Of a stretch of DNA of 64,000 nt, positions 35,502-48,628 are shown piece by piece; position 1 is the first letter of the stretch, and each line of letters begins with the position of its first letter. A model generated the notes under the pieces. It was not told where the DNA came from. It worked only from the letters and a program-made list of their open reading frames with translations, and made no database searches. The stretch lies in contig OZ024740.1 of assembly GCA_964016885.1 (NCBI GenBank), forward strand, positions 62,372,001-62,436,000, given 5' to 3'. Source of the DNA: Eledone cirrhosa. Taxonomy: Eukaryota. The position numbers were made by a program, and so were the translations under genes.

Positions 35502-36879
35502 TCTCCTTATAATATATAACCAGCAATTTCTCTGTCTGTCTGTCCGACAGTGGAAACACGAGCGTAGAGAGAGAGCGAGAGTGAAAGAAAGAGACAGACT
35601 ACGAGAGGGGGATAGCGGGAGGGAGAGAGAGACGCTGGAAGAGGGGAAGGAAAGCTATGTCTTGCTGTCTGGATTACGATACATATATATATACACACAC
35701 ACACTGAGTGCGTCATAATGACGTAATGCAGACAGCCAGACAGATATTATAAGGGCGCAACGTTATATCTATGTATCTATCTAAAAAGAAAGACTAAGAA
35801 TTATATAGAGAGAACGTTAAATCGCCTAGGGCATTGAAAAATTGAAATAATTTTTGCTCAAAACACTCACAGGACCATAAGTATTACATGTCTAAAGTTT
35901 GAAAACAATCGGTTGGATGGTTCTCAAGTTTTAGTGAGCTGACAGACAGACATACATTCTCTGTTTTAGATATATAGACTAGCAGAAAACCAACCGTGGG
36001 CGGTTTTCTGCTAGTCTATATATATAAAACTGAGGATGTCTGTCTGTGTGTGTGTGAGTTTGAATCCCTAAAACTCGAGAACCACCCAACCGACTATTTT
36101 CAAACTTTACACATGTTTCAGGGAAAGTTCTGAGCAAAACAAATTTCAAATTTTCAATTTGCCCTAGGGATCGCATTAGGCGATCTCTATCTATAATTCT
36201 TAGTCTTTCTCTTTTTAGATAGATACATACATATAACGTCGCGCCCTTATAATATCTGTCTGTATGTCTGTCTGCATTACGTCACTTCCCTGAGGATGTC
36301 TGTCTGTGTGTGTGTATGCGTATGTCTGAGTTTGAATCCCTAAAACTCGAGAAGTACCCAACCGACTTTTTTCAAACTTTACATGTGTATTACTTATATT
36401 TCATGGAGTGTTATGCACATACAAATTCAACTTTTTAATCCCCTAGGGCCCGCATTAGGTGAAAAACTGCGTTTTTTCAGGTTTTTAGGGGTTTTTTTTT
36501 TGAGTCGTTACGTCAGACTGATTTCCTTGAAATTGTAACTATGTATTAGTCAGTCTCTTCTTCATACCATGAGCAAAGAAAATCCAACGCATTAGGTGAA
36601 AAACTTCATTTTTTCAGGGCTTTTTTGAGGCGTTACGTCTAGCCGATTTTCCCGAAATTTCAAGGCATATTATGCGCATAAAAAAAAAATCCATTTTCTT
36701 GACCCCCTAGGGCCCGCATTAGGTGAAAACCTGCATTTTCCCTGCTTCATCGAGGAAAATCTTAAAGATTATCCAGCCATCAGAATATTCAGCTTATTTT
36801 CTTTACATATTGTCCAGGTATGCAATCTTTCCACGTTCCAAAATACCTTATCCCGTGCAACGCCGGGTACCACTGCTAG
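35502..36879 (+). mobile_element. Composite non-autonomous Helitron
   Basis: Inserted between A and T. 5' TC; 3' GC-rich hairpin CCCGTGCAACGCCGGG followed by CTAG. Internal (TCTG)n motifs and a second TC start at 36015 directly after CTAG. Confidence 0.8.
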
Positions 36880-37469
36880 TTATTAATATTTCTAACATAG
36901 GTATTGGGTCGTCAAGTATGAAATTTGTAGAAATTTGTCTTTTTTTTTCTACAAATTTCATACTTGACGACCCACTACAAGACCAGAAACAACAGTACTA
37001 GAACCACCGTCACCCCTGCCACTAGAACCACCGTCACCCCTGCCACTAGCAACACCACCACTACCACCACAACTACAAAAATACAATGCAAACATAAAAA
37101 CAAAAGTAACAATAACAACATCATCAACAACAATAAAATAGTTGCTGCAAAAGCTACAGAAATATTTAATATAGACTTAATAGACAAAGACTCGTGTTTG
37201 GCACAAGTAGCCAAACTTGTCAGATTAGACAAAAATTTGCTCGACGTAGCTGTCCTTCTCGACGTGTTGGCAGCAACCGGCAAAAACTTTGGTAACAATC
37301 AGACGGCTGGAGGCAGCTCCCACACAAGAGGTAGAGAGATTACTTGCTGGACATGAAACACATTGCTAGAGCCAGGTAATTTGGAACTATTTCAGTGCTC
37401 TTTAAAAGTGAAGTCTTGGCTGTAAAACAGTCAGTGGTCTCCTATCGGATAACAATACATTCTGTAACC

Positions 37470-37800
37470 AGCGTATTTGGAGACAAGGACTGTGAAGGTC
37501 AGTATTACAGGAATCCTGCCAGAGTTCAATATCTGGTGGATCCTGGTCTGCATGTTCCTGGTGGGAAGTGACATCCTCCTCATAGTGAAGAGAACCTGGC
37601 AGGAAAAGTGGTTAGGGATCAGTGGAAGTGTTTTTCCACATCAAACCAGACAAGATCGATAAGATCCCATACTTTATTTGCTTACAAGGTGGAGTGGAGT
37701 TGCATGTTATGATTGAGGGCAAAAGTTCTTGTTGCTACCTGTGTGGTGAGAATGGCCTCTTGAAAGCTTTCTGCTCCCAACAAAAGACTAGAAACTACAG
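37470..37800 (+). pseudogene. Degenerate non-LTR ORF1/gag-like fragment with a zinc knuckle
   Basis: Frameshifted fragments ending in CYLCGENGLLKAFC, a CCHC-like motif with the His lost. Confidence 0.45.
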
Positions 37801-38199
37801 ACCCCCCCCCCCTCGCCACTAACTCCAACAACAGTCTAATTGAGTTGTCTCTCTTGTCATTCAACTACCGACATCTGGCGCATTCTCACTATAACCATAC
37901 ACGAGTTGAAAAATTCTTTGCGTGAAACACTTGATCTCGACTATGGTTTGTTGTGGAGTAACCCTCCCCCGCCCCCTCTCTCTCTCTCTATATAATAATA
38001 ATAATAATAATAATTGTTTCTACTTTAGGCACAAGGCCAGCAATTTTTGGGGAGGGAAAGTCGATTATATCAACCCCAGTGCATTACTGGTGCTTTATTT
38101 CATCGACCCCGTACGTTCCTCCATTATGTTATACGACTGCTCAACATTCTGGATAGGTTTCTTGCCGAATGCTGCAAAGAATGACATTCGTCTTCTCAA

Positions 38200-38790
38200 G
38201 AAAGATTGCACAGTACACTCTAAATTTAAGTGGAGCTCCACAAAAGTAGGTGGAGAAGTTCAAATATCTCAGGGCCGTTTTCACGACGCTAGAAGCCTGA
38301 ATTAAATGCAAGAATTGCTGGAGATGGCGCAGTAAGAAGAAAGGAGCTAGGTGCTAAAGCCAAACTCATTATCTTCAATTCGATGTTTGTGCCTACCTTA
38401 CCTATGGTCGTGAATCTTGTGAAATGGTCGCGAATACAAGCGGCTGAGATGGGGTTTCTCTCAAAGGTCTTTAGGATAATATTACTTGATACGGTATATA
38501 GATCGGGGATCAGAGAGTCGCTCTAGGTAGAGCTTCTCCGAATTGAAAGACCACAGCTCCGCTACTACGGGCATGGTTTTAGAATGTCTAAGAACAGAAT
38601 CGTTCGACAAATTTTACGAGTAAAGTCAACCAGATCAAAAGGTAGATCACGAGCAGGATGGTTGGATAACATCAATGAGCTCGGTTGGAGTTGTTTGGGG
38701 ATCCAGCCGGATTATTTATAGATGGTTGCTTCTGATAGGACCTGCTGGATGGACTCTCCCTCCACAATCCTCTCAGAAATATGTGGGCGA
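38200..38790 (+). mobile_element. Old RTE-clade LINE 3' fragment
   Basis: Degenerate translation KELGAKAKL..F.S.FVPTLTYG.ES...IQAAEMGFL...LRYYGH. Confidence 0.65.
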
Positions 38791-38799
38791 ATGATAATA

Positions 38800-39140
38800 A
38801 TTGTTTCTACTTTAGGCACAAGGCCAACAATTTTTGGGGGAGGGGCAAGTCGCTTAAATCGATACCAGTGCATTACTGGTACTTTATATTATCGACCCCG
38901 TAAGGATAAAAGGCAAAGCTAACCTCGGCGGGATTTGAACCCAGAACGTAAAGGGCTGTAACTCTATGCCGTAATGCATGGTGTCCGACGCTCTACCGAT
39001 TCTGCCAATCCACCGACCTCACCGCCCTATAATAATTGTCTCTACTTTTGGCACAAGGCCAGCAATTACCCAGTGTATTACTGGTACTTTATTTTATCGA
39101 CCCCGTAGGGATGAAAGGCAAAGTTAACCTCGCCCTATAA
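38800..39140 (-). mobile_element. Deu/Nin-core SINE copies (tandem)
   Basis: Reverse complement of the 3260-3448 family. Further pieces at 38013-38110 and 55368-55508. Confidence 0.8.
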
Positions 39141-41399
39141 TAATAATAATTCAGTGTTCATACATTTGTCACTGAAAACATTTCTATGGAAAGAATAGCT
39201 GGGCAGATTTTACGAGCAAAGACAACCGACAGATGATCTACAGGTCAACCACCAGGAAGATGGGATAATATTTCTGAGCTCGGATGGTCTCGTTTTGGAA
39301 CGGTTGTTTCTGATAGGACCCTATGGATGGCGTGTCTGAGGAATCTGCCCCTACCACCCTCCCAGGAATAGGCGAGCGAAGAAAAAGACGATATTCACCC
39401 CAGTACATATGTTTTCAAGTCTGGTACTTATTTTATTACAGAATACCGGAAGAACTAGTTTTGCTGGGTCTCACATATAACAAAGTTTACAGACAACATG
39501 TGGACCCGAGTAATTGCTGAGTGGAATCCAAGAGATTAAAGACTAATCAAAAATATTTCAGGACAATGGAGAATGGAAAGCCGACATGATCAAATGATTC
39601 AGTCGATATGGAAGAGAAGGGTACAATCAAGGGAAGAATGGAAGCGCATTGTGACCAGCAATGTATAAGGGTATCTGAAAGTCTGGTTGATCAATTGTGA
39701 GCCTCGGTGTATCAAGACATCTCATTGTCTGGTCGATCTATTATGACCAGGGTTATATGAAGACATCTGTTTTTTCACTGGATCTCTTGTAATAAGAGTT
39801 GTATAAAAATTCTGATAGTTTGGTCGGTTCAGTTTTTATCCATTACGACCAGCGATGTATAACTGATATTCTGGTTGATTCAAAGAAGATTGACTAATGT
39901 TATAATTTGCCTATGATAAATGAATGCCTCACTCAAATTCTAATAAACCAATTCCATTTACATCAATCACTGATTAATTCTTTTTATCACAACAATGACA
40001 CCAACTCTGCTATCAGTACCACTGACACATAACCTATCCTTCCTGCTCAATTACGTGTCACAGACATGTCTGGGTTCATTCAACTAACAGAACTACTAAG
40101 GCTTTGCTTGAAGTTCATAAAAAAAAAAAACGACTTAACAATAAGCTTATATTTGATATAGAAATATAAACTAAGTGTTGAACAACTGCTGACCCCCGAC
40201 AGCTGCCTCATCCTCTCAAACACGCTGGTTTTCAAATAGTTCAGATACACAACTATGTGTGTGTTAGAGTAGTGCCAGTTCTGACAAGTGTTCCAATTGT
40301 TTGAACAACGAAACAGCCTGTTCATGAAATTAACGTGTACGTGACTGAGTATTCCACAGAAACGTGTACCCTTAACGCAATTCTCAGGGAGATTCGGTGT
40401 GAAACAGCGAGCGAAAACGCTGTCTCTTTGATTTACAGATATAACTCATTTTTGCCAACTAAGTGGACCGAAGTAACGAGAAATAAAGTGTCTTGATTAA
40501 AGACACAACGCACTGCCAGATTTGAACTCACAAGCTTACGATCGTAAGCCGAACACGCCAGGTGCCTTCACTTAGATAATACAAGTAACAACCCAATCAC
40601 AACATAAATTTTCTTTATTTCCGCACTAAACCTATCTCATGCCAATTACAGCAAGCTTTCTCCAAATAGCATGGCTGTTTCGCATACGCAACTACCAAAA
40701 CCATTTGGCAAACATGGCATATTATATACGATGAACATACACACAAACACACACACACTTTCTTTCTCTGTCTCTTTCACCCCCACCTACACACCCTCCT
40801 CCCACATATACCACTGGTGCCACAATAAAATGCATCCAATATACTCTGTCACGTGGTAATGCTGGTACCAAAATAAAATGTATCCAGTCAGGATCAGATT
40901 AAGTCCTTTTGAGGCCTTAAACACACAAAGATTATATTATAAAGTATGCAAAAAATCTTTTTTGAATGACTAATACAATTAATTTGAATAAAATGGTGCC
41001 CTTCTTTCCTTGCTGTATATATAATCAGTTACAACAGCGGCATAAGGAGAGACGTAAGTTTCGTTGGGTTTAACGCCAACTCATTCAGTCTCTCAAATTG
41101 TAATAGTTACTTCCGGGGAGATTCTTGATCGTATAAGAGAGTTCTAAAACTAAGAGCAGGGAAATCTAAACAAAATCTCAATTAATTAAATAAACAAATT
41201 ATGATTATTGTTATATTTGGGGGTAGGGGGTCATGTTGTTATAGTATTGCCAGAAATATATAGTAAAACACATTCACTGTTTAGTTTGGATTGGTTTTCG
41301 CTTCAGTATGTTTTATATTGCTATAATTAATTCAGCTGGCAATCAATGTTTATCATTGATTAACCAACCGTTAAAAATATAGATATAAATATAGTTTCT

Positions 41400-43495
41400 C
41401 AGAGTACTTTCATCACACTATATCATCACAGATAAGCAAACAGCTGAGAAAAAAAAAGAGTTTGGGTGTGTGCTGAGCAACTCCTAATTAACAAAACCAC
41501 GATGTCAGAGGTCCGGCGACATAGGAGGATCTTGGTTTCTGTCTGGCTGGATTATAGGAGACCCTTCGATTCTGTTCTCCACCCTTGGATGCTAGAGGCC
41601 CTTCGACTTGCTATAGTCCCTGATACCATTATTAGAGTCATAGAGAACCTATCTTCTTGGGCCTCTATCCCGAAGTTAAAAACAAAGAAGGAGGACTTTA
41701 TTTTTTTTGATAAAATAAAATATAGCAGGGGTATATTTCAAGGAGACAGTCTCTCCGTAATGCTATTTATACTGTCAGTAAACCCTTTGTCCTTTATGCT
41801 GTGGAAATGTGAAGGATATGTAATTGGTTCACAGGAGGCCAGAAATACAATCCTAAGACATAGCTTCTTTGTGGATGACCTGAAACTTTATGCCAAGAAT
41901 ATAAATGGGATAAACCCCCCCCCCCCCCCCAAAAAAAAAAAATCACGACCAGGTTACGACGTTCTCAGAAGATATAGGAATGGAGCTCAATCAAGATAAA
42001 TGTTCTCATATGATTGTAAAGCGAGGAAAAGCTACAAGTCAATTTAGCAACATCTCTATCACTGGCCTGACTGAGCGGTATCTGACGAGGACTGCTACAT
42101 ATTGTTAGGGACAGATGAAAATATATCCTATGATGGAATTTGTGACAAGGAACGAGTAATCAGGGAATATAACATCTGAATAAGAAAAATATGGTCTTCT
42201 GAACTCTCTGCATACAATAAATCAGCAGCCTATAATATGTTTGATGTACATGTGCTAACACCAACATTAGGACTAGTTTACTGGACGCTAGATGAGATCC
42301 ATGCCATTGATGTTAAAACCCGAAAAGTTCTAACCGGAACCACGCCAACATTGTCAGAGAGCGCCTCTACCTGAAACGGAAACAGGAAGGGAGAGGCTTG
42401 ACATCAATCCAAACAGCATTTGAGTGTCGTATCGTAACTCTCCGACAACATCTTCGAATCACCAAGCATAGAAGCCCATCTATAGAACAAGTTTGCCTAT
42501 ATGAGGCAGCAATACTGCAACAAATCCATGGATGAAAAACTGCATGCTTATCAGCAAAAAATCAGGCATAGCTATGTTGCCAGGAAGCTCCAGAGTGAGA
42601 GTAATATAGATAATCAAAGTAATCAAACAAACAGTATATTAGCTCTCACTTTGAAGGTATGCTTCTGCAACCCATGAACAGGAAGTAACAACGAAATATT
42701 TATTGCACAAAAGAGATAGGGATGCAGGCAAAACACATAGATGTGACAACAGATGCAGACTGTGTAGAATAACCATCGAAGATGTCATCCATGTCATAAA
42801 CAGCCGTCCAAAGATGTCATCACGGTACTATCTACCTACGAGGCAAGATGAAATAGCCCAAACACTATAAAATGTAATCCGTAGAAAGGATAACCCTGAG
42901 AATAAACAAATAAAAAGTTACAGTGATGTGGAGGACATATGCATATATATGAAAGAGTACTGGTGAAATGTTCCAATCAAAATCCCACTAAAATGCAAAC
43001 ATAAAAGACCAGGCATAGTGATATGGGACAGAGAACATGAACAGTAGTGGAAATCAGCTGCCCAGCAGATATCAATATAATGCTAAAGATTAGTGAAAAG
43101 GAGGATATTTATGCTGAACTAATGAGGAATCTACAGATACACTACTCTGACTATATCTTTAGATTTGTATCTGTGATCTTTGGGGCTCTGGAATATGTTA
43201 GAGACTGCTTCAGTACAAATCTTGAGAATCTGGGCTTCACAGAACCAGAAAGGGCAGGGCTAGTTTGGAAGTTGCAAGTACAGTCCGTTAATGGAACTGT
43301 AAAAATATGTAAAACATTTTAGAAATTCTGTATGTAATAACTGCATATACACGTGTATAGATATAGAAACATATGCACGTGTACACATCATTTTAGTTGA
43401 TATTGTCTAAATTCCATTAAACGAGACTTGCTTCTATGTTAAAAACCGGCTCTCTCTCTATTGGTGGAAATTTATGAAATAGAACCAGTCGAACA
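41400..43495 (+). mobile_element. R4/Dong-like non-LTR retrotransposon (RT plus restriction-like endonuclease), degenerate
   Basis: WLDY..FDSV, GIFQGDSLS and FFVDDLKLY; CRLC...H zinc motif; RP.IV.WD and VEISCP endonuclease motifs. The 3' end abuts (CATA)n. Confidence 0.85.
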
Positions 43496-43587
43496 TACAT
43501 ACATATCCACACATACATACATTCATACATACATACATATCCACACACACATATTCATACATACATACATACAAACACACATACATT

Positions 43588-45529
43588 TATAGCGAGGATA
43601 TAGCGAGGATACTGGGTTGTATGAATGTAACAAGGAGACATGGTTTGTGTGTATAATATTTAATCAACAATTTAACAGTATAGTTGACATGTCAATGAAT
43701 AAACGAAAGAATGAAGCAAAGTTAGTAGTTACCGTTTTGATTGCCAGGCAAACGCGAGACGCCTTGCGAAGGCCAGGCGCCGGAAGGGCAAATGAGAGGG
43801 AGAGAGCCGAAGGCTATTCGTTTTATAGGGCTCTGCCGGAAGTTACAGAAAGGGTTCTACTTCCCGTCTAGATGTTGTTAATCTATTGGGGTTGTGAGTC
43901 ACAACAAGGGAGACAACCGCTACATAACCTCCCGCCAGAATTTTAGAATATAAAAATCGAATGAAATAGTTGGCGAGAATGTTGTAACAGGCATGAAAAT
44001 TACGACAAAAGAATGTTTGCAAAAATCAATGATAGATATCAAGGTAGCCAACCGCTCTTGGCCAGAGAACGACTGGACATCTATCTATCCATCACCCAAA
44101 GATACAATGTAATAAAGTAAGAGAAGGGCTCAAAGTTCAAATGTACAAAATATAGTTCACAGGTGTGCAATCATATGACAGCAGGAAAGAAAGTGTGTTC
44201 CAGAGAATGAATGCAGGTGGTTTCTGTTCTGTGGTATAACGTGAAATTTCGAACCTCCGAATGGATTTTCTCACAGGAAGAGTGCTGCAAAAATAAATTC
44301 TCTGGCTTGTTCTGCTGGTTTTGGTTGTTGGTGAAGCTGTGTTGCTGTTGATGTCTCGCTGAGTGAGCGTATTCGGTGTTTAAATTCACAGTAAAAAAAA
44401 AATTTTTTCCGGAAAAAATGAGTTGTGCAAAGTGCCAGAAATAGCAGCCGAAGTTGATGGTCGATGTTGAGAATGCGTTGACCTGGAAGGGTCAAGAGGC
44501 CAGCGACCAAAGAAATAAGCATTCTGAATAAATGCGCAGTTTTCAACGGCAAATTTACGTGGTAAATTTTTAAACCGGCAAATAGGAGAATATAGCTTAA
44601 GGCTGAAGAATCCTTGGCGAGAAACGTTATCTCTGGCGTGCGGCTATCTCTGTGAGTTGAGAATTTGTGCAGCCTACACGTGCCAATACAAGGATAAGTT
44701 AGGTTGAAAAAATAATATTTCTAACGCGCGAGAAAATGATAGTGCAAGTGTGAAAGTGACAATGATGAAAAAGAAAGGCTTCACTCGGCATAATTATTGG
44801 TGTGAACTTTTGAAAAAAAAAAAAAACTTGAACGATGAAGAAAACGATGAAAAAAAAGGCAAGGGTTCATCGAAAATAAATGTTCCTGTTGAAATGTTTT
44901 TTAAAAAATATCAAATTTCTTTTTTGTTTTGAAAGTGTTCGTTGTAAGAAACGAGAAACATATATATATATCGTGAAATGCGACAGTTAGTTGATGCGTG
45001 AGAGAAAAAGTCTGTCTGTGCGAAAATTTCACATGTGCGAGGTGTGTTCGTTTCTTTGAGTATTTTCATAGTTTGTCAATAAATTTGCTGTGTATTCGTA
45101 ATGTTACTCACACAACACCAGATTATGCTATTTTTTTCTTTTTTCGGGGTGACCACTTATAGCGATGGACGGCTGCGTGTTCGTATCACGTCAGGGTTAC
45201 CAATATAGCGAAGATACTGGGTTGTATGAATGTAACAAGGAGACATGGTTTGTGTGTATAATATTTAATCAACAATTTAACAGTATAGTTGACATGTCAA
45301 TGAATAAACGAAAGAATGAAGCAAAGTTAGTAGTTACCGTTTTGATTGCCAGGCAAACGCGAGACGCCTGGCTAAGGCCAGGCGCCGGAAGGGCAAATGA
45401 GAGGGAGAGAGCCGAAGGCTATTCCTTTTATAGGGCTCTGCCGGAAGTTACAGAAAGAGTTCTACTTCCCGTCTAGATGTTGTTAATCTATTGGGGTTGT
45501 GAGTCACAACAAGGGAGACAACCGCTACA
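43588..45529 (-). mobile_element. Non-autonomous Gypsy-type LTR element (element 3), tRNA-Trp primed
   Basis: 326-bp LTRs at 43599-43924 and 45204-45529 (about 5 differences), 4-bp TSD CATT. On the minus strand, PBS TGGTAACCCTGACGTGAT and PPT CTGGCGGGAGG. No intact ORF. Confidence 0.93.
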
Positions 45530-47007
45530 CATTCATACATAATACATACATACATATACATACACACACATTCATACACACATACGTACATACACACACA
45601 CATACATACATACACACACACATGCATATATACACACATAGATACAAAGCCAATTCTTGTGAGTACATGCACAATTTATCAAAGCATTTCATTCAATATA
45701 CATTTGTTATTTCGATAAACTTACCAGTATTTACATATACAAGTTTCGCAGTATATCTGATTATAGATCAAAGTAAGGCAAATTAAAACAGCATGCAGGG
45801 GGAAAGGATTTTACTTTCATACAAATTCGAGATGTTAGATATTTTGAATTACAAATCAAATTATCGTTTCATTTGGTCTTGTTCCATAAACTGAAAAACA
45901 AAAACAAAACAATAATAACAAAAACATTAAGAAAGATTAAAACTAAAAAGAAAGAAAAAATATAAATATCTGAAATTATAAAAAGGATGTTTCTTAACTC
46001 TTAACATTCTGTAATTATTTAGCAGAACATATCTAAACATGGGTTCGTTTATTCAAATGTTTATAGCATCTATACTATAGGACATGTGTGGGTTAGTGAT
46101 TAGTGTGTTGGTCTCACGATTTAATGCCTGTGAGTTTGTTCCATGGAAGGAGTGGCGCATTGTGTCGTTGAGCAAGAAACTTTATTTCACGTAGCTTCAA
46201 CCCACACAACTGACCCCCCCCCCCCCCCAAAAAAAAAAAAATACAAAACAAGAAAAAAAAACCCAACAATGGTGATGACAGAGTTAAGCTGTGTTGGCCT
46301 TTGCCTTTCCATTAAACGTTATTGGTGAGACTGGCATGATATAGACGACTGCTGGTTTTTCAAAATACATCATTGGAGAGGAAATTTCCAAGTGAAAAGC
46401 CATATTCTCATGTTCCCTGAAACATTGCAATATTAAAAAACAACAAACAAACAAAAAACAACAACAATAAAATAAAAAACAAAGCAAACTTATATTATGA
46501 GCTAAATAGACATTAGGAGTAATAAATAAATCATGTTTCAGAAGAAGGGAGGTAGGTGTAAAAGCCAAACTCACTGTCTTTAATTTGGCTTTCGTGCCAA
46601 CCCTTGAATACGATCGCGAATAGAAGCGGAGGAAATGGTATTGCTCCGAAGGATCTTTGGAGTAACGAAGGATCTTTCCGTAACCCGGAGATCAGAGAGT
46701 CACTCGAAGTAGAGCCGCTACTTCTCAGAAGAAGAAGAAGAAGAAGTTTCATTTAGTGTTGCGATTCGAGGAATATCTTAATTGAGGAAAGTGACAATAT
46801 GCACGGAACACGGTTGCTAGATTGAGCTAAATGTAGCAGATTCGGGTGAAATAACTAGCAACATTTTTCATGGTTGGAATATTTCTTTTTATCATAGATT
46901 TATTTGATCAAGGTTGACAAAATAAAGTACCAGTCAATTTGTACCCATAAATAATGAATGAGCGATGTGTATGTAACATGTGGTGTGATAAATAAATATA
47001 TACATAT

Positions 47008-47838
47008 ACACCAGGTCCTAACACAAAGGGACCAAATTCCCAATGTCACTGTCTCCGTCTCTCCCGCTTTCCCCATCTACTATTATGAGTAAATGGGGCT
47101 CACGCACTGGCCGCCCCGCGACCCCGGAGGACAGAACAGAGAAAGCGTTTACCCGGAGGAATGTGAGGGAGACATGCTGGAAGAGCCATTCCAGCTCGCG
47201 AGCCTCACACCTGTAGGTAGTCAAATGTGTGCTGATGGTGGTGAGCAGGGAGGTGACCCTAAGACCAAGGACACAAGAAGTCTCTACTGCCATGGGCTCC
47301 ACCGCAAACCTGTCGAAGGGCCACCGATATTTAGAGAGTTTACCCTCCCCGGCCCGAAGAGCAGCAGAGCCTGGGGTAGAGGCAGAAGAAGTGTCACTGT
47401 ATGTGGCATACCAGATGAGTGGTTTACCATCGCGGAACGGGAAGTTAATCATACCGTCTGGTCTTTTTCCGTCCCCTCGGTCCAGCCCCACCCGATCGTG
47501 CTGGGAGGGGAAGCCTGCAGCATCCAAGCCATGCTTTATGACCTCGTTGAAAGCAGCATGGTGTGGGAGGCGACCGGCACTGTAGCGACAGGACAACAGG
47601 TGGAACCACAGCGACATTTGTGTGGCTCGCAGATCCGGAATTCGAACCTCAGGGAAACTCCGATTTGTAGGCTATCATTATCTAGCTGCGTGCTGGTCAA
47701 AAAGGAGGCTAAGACATTGAGCCAGGCACTGCTGTGGGGTTGCGAGGCCAAGCGAAAACATGCGAGGTTGTGCTGGTCGGGCTGGTGCGCTAGACTTTTC
47801 GTGGCCACGTCGCACAGGATGGCATCCCACATGGTCTA
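47008..47838 (-). mobile_element. CRE-like non-LTR retrotransposon 3' fragment (RLE domain)
   Basis: SAWLN...SLRF..RICEPHKCRCG, HAAFNEVI, GKRPDG...GKPLIWYAT.SDT and PMAVETS; frameshifted. Confidence 0.8.
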
Positions 47839-48628
47839 GGAGTATTTAATGTATCACTATACGCTATTCTTTTCTTTTTTCAATTTGGGCTGCGCACGAC
47901 TTTAAAATTCGAATTTTTAAAGGTAAGGATCTTATTGATTATTATATCAAATTATTTATCAAGTAAATTAGGACAGAACAACTACGCTCAATTGTCCACG
48001 CATTTGTCTGTTTACTATACTACTCTCACGTGTTTTTTAATGATATTATCATTGTAGCTGCACAGCTAATTATTAAAATCAAAGTATGTATGTATCCCAA
48101 AAATGTGTAAATATGTATATACGTGTATGCATGTGTATGTGTGTATATATATGTATATATGTATATGTGTACACGCATTCATGTGTATGTATATACGCGG
48201 CGACATAGAAATAATCGGGCTGGTTACCCAATCGCGCGGTTAAACCACTGTGAGTGAAGAACCCCTAACCTTTGTCAGGGCATTCTTCTAGAAGGCAGCT
48301 CAGGAAACTGGGATAACTCCGACATAAAACCTGCGGCTCAGTAGTTACCGATGATGTTGATCTTTTCTTATTTTCGGGTTATAGCTACTGTCGCTCAGAG
48401 AGTGGGATTGGCTCAGTGCACAGTCTTTCCTCACTTAAAAAAAAATCTTCACGCACAGGCATTGCTCGATAGCATTAATTGATAATTAATAATAATGTTA
48501 TATCGTGCAATGGCCATACACAATAACGAGGGAGCAGCCATCATGTATGTATGTATGTATGTATGTATGTATGTATGTATGTATGTATGTATGTATGTAT
48601 GTATGTATGTATGTATGTATGTATGTAT

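Noticed and set aside
43617-45476. Duplicated 84-103 aa ORFs as a gene pair
   Set aside because: They lie within the two LTR copies of element 3 and are incidental.
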